This document shows, piece after piece, positions 56,317-63,379 of a stretch of DNA of 63,379 nucleotides (positions within the stretch are counted from its first letter, which is position 1; every line of letters starts with the position of its first letter). A program made the translations under genes and the position numbers. The DNA lies in NCBI GenBank assembly GCA_047616785.1, contig JBLHHN010000001.1, forward strand, positions 1-63,379, read 5' to 3'. The DNA is from Verrucomicrobiales bacterium. GTDB taxonomy: Bacteria > Verrucomicrobiota > Verrucomicrobiia > Verrucomicrobiales > DEV007. The notes beneath the pieces were generated by a model. That model saw only the letters and a list, made by a program, of their open reading frames with translations. It was not told the DNA's origin and did not search any database.

Positions 56317-57750
56317 ATGGACCCGATCGACGATGCCTTTGATCCGCAAGCATTCCGTGCTCTCGGACACACAGCAGTGGATCAGTTGGCCGATTATTTG
56401 GAAAAGGTCCGCTCGGGGGAAGGACCGGTGCGCCCCGCTCAAGATCCTGACGCCGCCGCGGCTCACTGGAGCCGGCAGCTCGAACAAGAGGACTTTCAGG
56501 ATCCCGCAGCGCTCATCGAGCAAGTGCTAGAGAACGCTTTCCGCAGCCACCATCCCCGCAATCTTGGGCATCAAGTCGGTCCCGTGCTACCCCTGGCAGC
56601 AGTTTTTGAACTCGTCGGAAGCTTGTTAGACACTGGAAATGGCACCTATGAAGTAGGCAGCCCGGCCACGCCGATGGAACGCGCCGTCTTACAAGATCTT
56701 GGCAAACGCATCGGCCTTCCCAATGAATCCGACGGCATCCTCACTTCCGGAGGCTCCCTAGGCAACCTGACCGCTCTGTTAGCCATGCGCCAATGCCAGA
56801 CTGGGAGCTGGGATGAAGACGCCTCCCACCAGCAGTATGCTGTCCTGGTATCCTCCGAAGCCCACTACTGCGTGGATCGCGCGGTGAAGATCATGGGTTG
56901 GGGTGAGCGCGGGGTCATCCGCGTCGCCGTGGATGATCAGTATCGCATGCGCATGGATGCTCTGGAAGCGTGCCTCGCCGAAGCGCAACAAGAGAATATT
57001 CAAGTGCTAGGGGTTGTCGGCAGCGCCGGATCCACCGCTACGGGAAAGATCGATCCCTTGAAGGATATCGCGACGTTCTGTCAGAGCCATTCCCTGTGGT
57101 TCCATGTCGATGCCGCACACGCCGGCGCCTTTGTCTTCTCAGAGCGTGCACGCCCTTTGCTTCGCGGATGGGAACGCGCCGATTCCATCGTGATCGATTT
57201 CCACAAGATGCTCCTCAGCCCGAGCCTTCTCACCGCCGTGCTCTTCAGGCTTGGGCGCGACTCCTACCAGGCCTTCGCCCAAAAGGCGGATTACCTCTGG
57301 CGTGCCGATCAGACACAAGAATGGTGGGACTTGGCCAAGCGCACCATGGAATGCACAAGACCCATGTTAGGGCTGCGCGCATACGCCTTGCTCAAGCATG
57401 GTGGCGAACGACTCTTCGAAGCCTACATTGACCAAGCGCTGACCGCGACCGAGGCTTTCGCCTCTCTGATAGAAAACACTTCCGATTTCGAACTCCTCAC
57501 CTCCCCCGAGTCCAACATCCTCTGTTACCAGCACACTCCAGAAGGCTTGGATAGAAAAGCGACCAACGAACTGAACCAACAAATCCGCGCAGCGCTCATT
57601 GAGGACGGCAAGTTCTTCATCGTCCAAGTGGAGAAACACGGCCGAACGTATCTGCGAAGCGCTGTGATGAATCCTTTCGTCAAAGTCGCCATCTTCGAAG
57701 AACTTCTGGATGAGATCCGTCGATTCGGACGCATGATTCAGGAAACGTAA
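56317..57750 (+). CDS. pyridoxal-phosphate-dependent group II amino-acid decarboxylase
   Basis: PLP-lysine context SIVIDFHKMLL, a GGSLGNL segment and HVDAAHAG. Substrate is not assignable. Confidence 0.85.
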   Translation: MDPIDDAFDPQAFRALGHTAVDQLADYLEKVRSGEGPVRPAQDPDAAAAHWSRQLEQEDFQDPAALIEQVLENAFRSHHPRNLGHQVGPVLPLAAVFELVGSLLDTGNGTYEVGSPATPMERAVLQDLGKRIGLPNESDGILTSGGSLGNLTALLAMRQCQTGSWDEDASHQQYAVLVSSEAHYCVDRAVKIMGWGERGVIRVAVDDQYRMRMDALEACLAEAQQENIQVLGVVGSAGSTATGKIDPLKDIATFCQSHSLWFHVDAAHAGAFVFSERARPLLRGWERADSIVIDFHKMLLSPSLLTAVLFRLGRDSYQAFAQKADYLWRADQTQEWWDLAKRTMECTRPMLGLRAYALLKHGGERLFEAYIDQALTATEAFASLIENTSDFELLTSPESNILCYQHTPEGLDRKATNELNQQIRAALIEDGKFFIVQVEKHGRTYLRSAVMNPFVKVAIFEELLDEIRRFGRMIQET

Positions 57751-59195
57751 TGAAACGATTTCCCCTCATCGTGCTCGCCATCGCTTGGCTCTTCGCAGGT
57801 CTATCACATGCAGAGACCCCGGCCACCATCGCTGCGGTCAAAGCTGCCGTGCCCAGTCTCGGGAAACGTCCCGGCATGGATTCGGCGATGCTCGGTGTGG
57901 CTGTTCTGCGGCTTGGCGAGAATCCCGAGATGGTGGTCGATGTGGCAGGCAAGCAGAGCTTCATCCCCGCCTCCACCACGAAGATCCTCACCACCGTGGC
58001 TGCTCTCGATGTTTTGGGACCGGAGATGGTCTTCGAAACAAAGCTGGGCTATCGCGGGACGCTCGAAGCCGGAGAACTCCAGGGAGACCTCGTCATCCTC
58101 GGCACCGGCGATCCCACCCTGGCGGAGTATGGATGGGACGAACTTTTCAAGACTTGGACCGAGGCCATGAAGACAGCCGGGATCACGAGTATCACAGGAC
58201 GTGTGTTAGGCGATGCTTCTTTCTATCAGGGCCCACCAAGACCAGGTACTTGGAGTTGGATGGATCTCGGAAACTATTACGCCGGCGGAGCGGACGGCTT
58301 GAACTTCTATAACAACACTTACAACGTCCGCTTCCGCACGAGAGCCGTGGGTAGCCGCGCCAAGTACCTTGGCACCACCCCCGAATTGCCCGGCGTGACA
58401 TTTCACAATGAGATGATGACCGGGAACGCAGGATCCGGTGATCAGGGTTACGTCTATGCGGCTCCCTATGGACAAGTGGTGTTTCTGCGGGGCAGCATTC
58501 CCGCAAGCGGTACCTTCACGATCAAAGGTGCCTTACCCGAACCCGCTCTCACATGCGCCCAACTCTTTCATGCCCATCTCAAGAAACAAGGCATCCAGAT
58601 TTCAGAAGATCCTAGCACTCAAAGAATGGATCCAGCCACCGGGGCCCTCACCGAGATCCATGCACACACGTCCAAACCTCTGAGCAATCTCCTGCAACGG
58701 ATGAATCACAAAAGCATCAATCTCTTTGCCGAGACGATCTTGCGACGGGTAGGCAAAGCGCAAGGCAACGTCGGCAGTACCCAAGCAGGCGTGAACGCCG
58801 TGAACGCCTATTTCACCAAGCATGGCATCCGCACCGAAGGCTTCGCCATGAATGATGGGTCCGGACTCTCGCGCCTGAATCTCATCACCCCACGACAGAT
58901 GGTCTACTTACTCAAGGCCGCCAATAGCGATGCGCACGCAGAGATCTTTCGAAACTCCCTCCCTGTGGCAGGAGAGTCTGGCACCCTGAAAAACGTGGCC
59001 AAAGGCACCGCCGCCGTGGGTCGCGTCCGCGCGAAAAGCGGCACCATCGATCGGGTGAAGTGTTATGCCGGCTACGTCGACGCTCGGTCCGGAACTCGTT
59101 ACGCCTTTGCCATCATGGTCAACAACTACGCCAAGACCTACGGGGACGTGAAACCAGGCATCGTCTCCATCATGGCCCGCATGGCCGAGCAATGA
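57750..59195 (+). CDS. dacB: D-alanyl-D-alanine carboxypeptidase/endopeptidase (PBP4, peptidase S13)
   Basis: SxxK (ASTTKILT), SxN-type (DGSGLSRLN) and KSG (AKSGTI) motifs, plus a signal peptide. Confidence 0.9.
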   Translation: MKRFPLIVLAIAWLFAGLSHAETPATIAAVKAAVPSLGKRPGMDSAMLGVAVLRLGENPEMVVDVAGKQSFIPASTTKILTTVAALDVLGPEMVFETKLGYRGTLEAGELQGDLVILGTGDPTLAEYGWDELFKTWTEAMKTAGITSITGRVLGDASFYQGPPRPGTWSWMDLGNYYAGGADGLNFYNNTYNVRFRTRAVGSRAKYLGTTPELPGVTFHNEMMTGNAGSGDQGYVYAAPYGQVVFLRGSIPASGTFTIKGALPEPALTCAQLFHAHLKKQGIQISEDPSTQRMDPATGALTEIHAHTSKPLSNLLQRMNHKSINLFAETILRRVGKAQGNVGSTQAGVNAVNAYFTKHGIRTEGFAMNDGSGLSRLNLITPRQMVYLLKAANSDAHAEIFRNSLPVAGESGTLKNVAKGTAAVGRVRAKSGTIDRVKCYAGYVDARSGTRYAFAIMVNNYAKTYGDVKPGIVSIMARMAEQ

Positions 59196-59288
59196 CCGCC
59201 TAACGAAACTTCACCATGAAAAAAACAAACCCCAGCGCTTTGCTGCGGCTTTTCTACGTTCACCGCCCCTTGTCTTCTCTGAGGCTGT

Positions 59289-60278
59289 GTGCTAGATAGC
59301 CGTCACGATTTACTGATGAACCCCTGGGAGTCCTATTACACCTCTGAAGATCCGCTTTTCCGGGTCGGGAATGTGCCTGTCTACATCACGACGATACTGG
59401 TCGCTCTTCAGGTGCTCGCCATGGTGGTGTTCGCGGTGATCGGCTATGATTCTCCGCTGATCTTCCACCTCTCCTTCACGGCAGACGCTCTCGTGACTGG
59501 GAGACTCTGGACGCTGATCACCTACGCCTTTGTCGACACTATCAATTTCTTTTCCGCTCTGAGCTTAGTATTCTTCTATCTCTTCGGATTGCGGGTGGAG
59601 ATGCGGCTGGGCACAAACCGTTACCTTAAGTTATTGGCCATCCTCATTCTCGGCCCCACCCTCTTTCTATCTGTCGTGGGATTGATTACCGGCCTTTTTC
59701 ACGGCGTTATTGATGTCTATACCGCCCCGTTCCAAGGTGGAAACATTTACTCCGGTTCGATGAACGTCCGCCTGTGTGTCTTGATCGCTTTTATTTGGTT
59801 CAATTCCGAGGCTCTTTTCTGGCCTGGGATAAAGGCCAAATGGATGGGGATCTTCTTCGTGGCCCTAAGCGCTTTACAATACTTGGGCGGTCGGCAGTGG
59901 ATGTATTTCTGGATGTGTTGGTTCTCACTCTTGCTTGCCTACATCACCTTACGAAGGATGGGAATGGCCATGAAATTTGCACCCGTCGAAGAATCTCTGC
60001 TCAATCTCATCCCGAAACGCAGACCCAAAGGCTATCGCTCTTCCAAACGCAAATTGAAAGTGGTCAAGGAAGCCAAGGGCGGAAGAAAAGTTCAATACGA
60101 TTCCAAGCTCGCACCGAAAGTTGAAGCCGCCACCTCGACTGGCCCCGCAGCTTCCGTGGACCATCTGTTAGAAAAGATTTCCAAGGAAGGCATCTCCAGC
60201 CTGACCGACAAAGAGCGCAAACTGTTAGAAAGCGCGAGCAATCAGCTCTCCAGCGACGACGACAAGCCTTCTTCCTAA
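59289..60278 (+). CDS. rhomboid-like polytopic membrane protein with a charged C-terminal tail
   Basis: A rhomboid TM2-type motif is present (GRLWTLITYAFVD....FFYLFGLRVEMRLG) along with 6-7 predicted TM segments. The canonical GxSG/His catalytic contexts are not clear. An alternative ATG lies at 59316. Confidence 0.55.
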   Translation: MLDSRHDLLMNPWESYYTSEDPLFRVGNVPVYITTILVALQVLAMVVFAVIGYDSPLIFHLSFTADALVTGRLWTLITYAFVDTINFFSALSLVFFYLFGLRVEMRLGTNRYLKLLAILILGPTLFLSVVGLITGLFHGVIDVYTAPFQGGNIYSGSMNVRLCVLIAFIWFNSEALFWPGIKAKWMGIFFVALSALQYLGGRQWMYFWMCWFSLLLAYITLRRMGMAMKFAPVEESLLNLIPKRRPKGYRSSKRKLKVVKEAKGGRKVQYDSKLAPKVEAATSTGPAASVDHLLEKISKEGISSLTDKERKLLESASNQLSSDDDKPSS

Positions 60279-60287
60279 CCAAGAAAC

Positions 60288-61088
60288 ATGGCTCTGCCGA
60301 TCCCCACCAATCCAGAGCCCATCGCGCGATTGCGCGAGATCGTCCATTCCTTGCGCGCTCCAGGCGGTTGTCAATGGGACATCGAGCAAACGCATGTCAC
60401 GCTCATCGCCAACATGCTGGAGGAAGCCTACGAAGTTGCGGCGGCCATTCGCAACGAGGACACCGAGCACATAGTGGAAGAGTTAGGAGACCTTCTACTC
60501 CAAGTCGTCATGCACGCGGAAATCGCCTCCGAGACCGACCGCTTTGTCCTCGAGGACATTGCCAAAGTCGTAGGTGACAAACTGATCCGCCGCCATCCTC
60601 ATGTCTTTGGTGAGAGCGACGCGACCGATATCGAAGCAGTGCTCAAGCAGTGGGACGAGATCAAGCTCCAAGAGAAAGGAGAGACTCGCACCCCTTATCT
60701 CAAGGACGTCGGCGAAGGGCTGACCGCTCTCATGACGGCGACCAAGCTTCAAAAGAAAGCCTCCAAAGTCGGCTTCGATTGGGAAGACATCCCCGCCGTT
60801 CTAGCAAAGGTCAAAGAAGAACTCGCCGAAGTCGAAGAGGCCATGGCCAATCCGTCAGCGCCCTCTGCCATTGAAGAAGAGTTAGGCGATCTCTTCTTCA
60901 GCTTGGTCAATCTGAGCAGGAAGCAGGGATTGGATAGCGAGACGCTTCTCGCCAATGCCAACGAGAAGTTTCGCCGCCGCTTTCATGCGGTAGAAGACAC
61001 CCTCCGCACCGAGGGAAATTCGTTAGAAAAGGCCAATTTAGAAGAAATGGACGCCGCATGGAATCAGATCAAGGGCGAAGAGCGTTAG
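60288..61088 (+). CDS. mazG: nucleoside triphosphate pyrophosphohydrolase MazG
   Basis: Tandem MazG domains with EEAYEV../EELGDLLLQVV and EELAEV../EELGDLFFSLV motifs. Confidence 0.9.
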   Translation: MALPIPTNPEPIARLREIVHSLRAPGGCQWDIEQTHVTLIANMLEEAYEVAAAIRNEDTEHIVEELGDLLLQVVMHAEIASETDRFVLEDIAKVVGDKLIRRHPHVFGESDATDIEAVLKQWDEIKLQEKGETRTPYLKDVGEGLTALMTATKLQKKASKVGFDWEDIPAVLAKVKEELAEVEEAMANPSAPSAIEEELGDLFFSLVNLSRKQGLDSETLLANANEKFRRRFHAVEDTLRTEGNSLEKANLEEMDAAWNQIKGEER

Positions 61089-61130
61089 AGGATTCTAAAA
61101 TTGAACACGCCTGCCAATCCTGAATCTAAC

Positions 61131-61567
61131 ATGAAGATGAGATCCGGACTTCCAATCACCTTCGTCGCGCTAAGGCCTCGCGAAACAATAAGTTACCTCA
61201 TGAAAGTGAATAAACATATCGTTTCAAGCCTGTAAGCAAGGCTCTCAGAGTAATGTGCTATCGGAAATACGGTAAGTTATTGTTTAGCCGCGCCTAAGCT
61301 TGTTGGCCGCAGCCTTGGCGGACCTTCCGACCAAGCCATTTACCACGCGTCTCGCCGAAGCCGCCCTCGCGCGGACCAAAGCTCGAGGTCACCTACGATC
61401 CGGCCTACGTCTCGCTGGAGTACCCAGGAGGTGACGTGCCTGCGGATCGTGGCTTGTGCAGTGATGTCGTCATCCGATCTTACCGCGCCTTGAGTATCGA
61501 ACTTCAGAAGCTTGTTCATGAGGAAATGAAAGCCAATTTTTTCGGCTCTCCGTCCAGAACTCAGTGA
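61131..61567 (+). pseudogene. DUF1287-family gene remnant (insertion, frameshift and premature stop)
   Basis: EVTYDPAYVSLEYPGGDVPADRGLCSDVVIRSYRALSIELQKLVHEEMKANF matches the DUF1287 core as I recall it. The N-terminal part (LLAAALADLPTKPFTTRLAEAALARTKA) is in another frame, the start plus signal peptide are separated by a 119-bp insertion, and a TGA lies at 61565. Confidence 0.7.
61175..61293. mobile_element. 119-bp MITE-like non-autonomous element with 23-bp imperfect terminal inverted repeats and a 5-bp CTAAG target-site duplication
   Basis: The left TIR is gcctcgcgaaacaataagttacc (61175-61197). The right TIR at 61271-61293, reverse-complemented, is gcgcggctaaacaataacttacc (18/23 identical). 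CTAAG lies at 61170-61174 and 61294-61298. There is no internal ORF, and in-silico excision restores the host reading frame. Confidence 0.6.
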
Positions 61568-61650
61568 TTCTTGGATTCATACTCCTAGCGCACATCGATT
61601 TGGGAGATTGCGGGAAGCATAAAGATGAAATCGCATGAGCGATTCTTTCC

Positions 61651-62262
61651 ATGCTTTGCAAGCAGTCCTCGGCACCGACAAGAAGAACTCCCCTCTTCTC
61701 CGTTTATAGCGACCCTGACGAGAGCGAACTCCACGTCTACTACGGCTTCGGACTACTCGAAGTCGTTCCCGACGACAAACAGTCACCGCGATTCAGACTC
61801 ATGGTCGCCCAACTCTTTAACGCAGGAGTCAAAGGCGTCACCCTGAGCGATGTCTTCAGCGTCGATCGCCAAGTGATGCGCGGTTGGGGGCGCGCCCTCA
61901 AAAGCGGCGATCCTCAAACGTTGGTCAATGCTCTCAAAGGCCGAGGTCCTCGCAAACTCACACCCGAAGTTAAAGCCTACGTCAAGATGCGTTTCCCGAT
62001 CGTTTATGCCGAAGACAAACGCACCTACAGCGCACGACTACGCCAGGAAATCGTCGACATCTTCCAACTCAAGATCAGCGGCGAGACCCTGCGCCCCTAC
62101 TTCACCGAACTCAAAGAGTTGAACGGGATCCCAACGCGAGCATCCCGCAAGAAAGAGCCGCCATCCGATCAAATGCCGGGGCAAACTACTGACAAACCAG
62201 CCATCCATGCCCTCGACTCTGCGGACCAAGCCTCCGCTAAAAAGGGGGATCTAGCCATCTAG
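61651..62262 (+). CDS. IS transposase, N-terminal (orfA-like) part
   Basis: 203-aa ORF with a helix-turn-helix-like basic region (RGPRKLTPEVKAYVKMRF..). Its codon usage is distinct, with strongly C-ending codons. It ends just after an A5G5 run. Confidence 0.6.
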   Translation: MLCKQSSAPTRRTPLFSVYSDPDESELHVYYGFGLLEVVPDDKQSPRFRLMVAQLFNAGVKGVTLSDVFSVDRQVMRGWGRALKSGDPQTLVNALKGRGPRKLTPEVKAYVKMRFPIVYAEDKRTYSARLRQEIVDIFQLKISGETLRPYFTELKELNGIPTRASRKKEPPSDQMPGQTTDKPAIHALDSADQASAKKGDLAI

Positions 62263-63379
62263 AAAATCACGCGCAAACAAATTCAAACAGTGATTCCAAC
62301 GCCCAAGAACACAGATCAAGCCCCCAATCCATCATCTCCGACGGTGAACCCGCCAACGAACCCGCGCCAGCCAAGCCCATCCCTTTACAGTTCAACCATC
62401 ACCTCGGACTCCTCTTCTTCTGCACCACGCTCGGCACCCTCCTACATCACGATCCCACCGAGCAAGAAGCCACCCAGAGACTAACGATCCAACCTGACAT
62501 CATGATGCGTCAATGGCTCGCTCAGATCCTCCTCGGAGCCATCAACATCGAACAAAGCAAACTGCTCAACACCGCACATATCAGCCTCATGTTAGGTGGA
62601 GGGCTCTACAAAGACCTGCGCAATCAACGCCTCATGTTAGGAGAAATGGCCACCGACGAAGTCACCCGGACCGTCCTCCGAACCAACGCCCGACAAGTCG
62701 GAATCCAAGACCAAAGCGACTTCTATCTCGACCCACACACCAAACACTACACCGGCGAGAAAAACGTCCTCAAAGGTTGGTGCTCCGGCATTGGCTGTGT
62801 TGACAAAGTCATGCACAGCGACTTCATCCACAGCGTCCAGGGCCACCCCGTCTACTTCGAAACCACAGACAACTTTCTTGACCTCCGCGAACGCACCTTC
62901 GACTTGTTAGACCACTTTCGCACAGAGTTAGAGATCGCGCCAGACAAAGTCCTCACCACCGTCATCGATCGAGGCATCTTCGGAGCCGAGATCTTCGCCC
63001 AATTCGCAGAGCATCCCCAACGCCACCTCATCACCTGGGAAAAAGACTACCATCGCGACGGCTGGGACCAAAGTCGACCCGCCGACGGCGAATTCATCTA
63101 CGAACGCCCACGCAACAACAGCAAAGACCTATTCACTTATCACTTCAGCTATCAAGACCACCTCTGGAAGAAAGACCCACGGCTTAAACGCATCATCGTT
63201 CGAGCGACCAATCCCAAAGGCAAGACCATCGAAGTCGCCATCTTGTGCGACGACATCGAGCGCGCCAGCGAAGAAATCATCCTGCTCATCTTCCGCCGTT
63301 GGGTCCAAGAGAACGACTTCAAATACCTCAACAAACACTTCGGAATCGACCAGATCACCAGCTATCAAGCCATCTCCTA
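62241..63379 (+). CDS. IS DDE transposase, catalytic (orfB-like) part, partial (runs off the window)
   Basis: This frame is not on the ORF track because it has no stop; it is open from 62241 to the window end. It reads ...HHLGLLFFCTTLG..FYLDPHTKHYTGEK..TVIDRGIFGAEIF..LIFRRWVQENDFKYLNKHFGIDQ, i.e. D, D and RW-x-x-E-N contexts typical of IS4-like DDE transposases. The first ATG is at 62502, but homology-like sequence starts earlier. Confidence 0.7.

Noticed and set aside
56195-56530. 111-aa ORF overlapping the end of the protease gene and the start of the PLP decarboxylase gene.
   Set aside because: It is out of frame with, and largely inside, the well-supported decarboxylase gene, and its composition is S/R/P-rich.
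61625-62803. ORFs 61625..61846, 62290..62484 (Pro/Ser-rich) and 62513..62803 (Arg/Pro/His-rich) in the IS region.
   Set aside because: They are alternative frames of the transposase coding sequence. The frame with transposase-like motifs is 61651..62262 followed by the open frame 62241..63379. Minus-strand ORFs 62637..63368 are likewise shadows.

Overview
The window is a chromosomal segment, moderately GC-rich by eye (not computed). Its gene content suggests a PVC-group bacterium, most likely a marine Verrucomicrobiota-like organism: giant lamin-tail-domain (LTD)/CotH exoproteins, Tat-signal Gfo/Idh/MocA oxidoreductases, and DUF1080 and PhoD-like proteins. I saw no rRNA, tRNA or CRISPR array. 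The layout is as follows. (1) A three-gene RND efflux operon at 1.35-7.0 kb. (2) A 20-kb patch at 8.5-27.7 kb dominated by three paralogous giant secreted CotH/LTD proteins (1944, 1237 and 1367 aa). Interleaved with them are an OafA-like acyltransferase carrying an in-frame TGA, an alpha/beta hydrolase, a cell-wall amidase and panD. (3) An RGG-repeat, K/R-tailed protein whose stop lies 2 nt before the start of a PAD-family (agmatine deiminase-like) enzyme, followed by PhoD-like and Gfo/Idh/MocA genes. (4) A purC-purS(like)-purL-purQ-purM-purF block on the minus strand. (5) A patch with signs of decay at 45-48 kb: three same-frame ORFs split by a TAG and a TGA, a Uma2 nuclease and a short secretin-N-like ORF. 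(6) rapA followed by a phosphorylase-fold gene. (7) A periplasmic TIM-barrel/DUF1080/Gfo-Idh-MocA sugar module. (8) Envelope and housekeeping genes: S1 protease, PLP decarboxylase, dacB, a rhomboid-like gene and mazG. (9) At the right edge, a DUF1287 gene disrupted by a 119-bp MITE-like insertion with a CTAAG target duplication, a frameshift and a premature stop, lying immediately upstream of a two-frame DDE transposase that runs off the window. No complete novel system could be proven from sequence alone. The best candidates are the CotH/LTD island, the RGG-protein/PAD-enzyme pair, the MITE, and a strong G-TTA-G codon-context bias.
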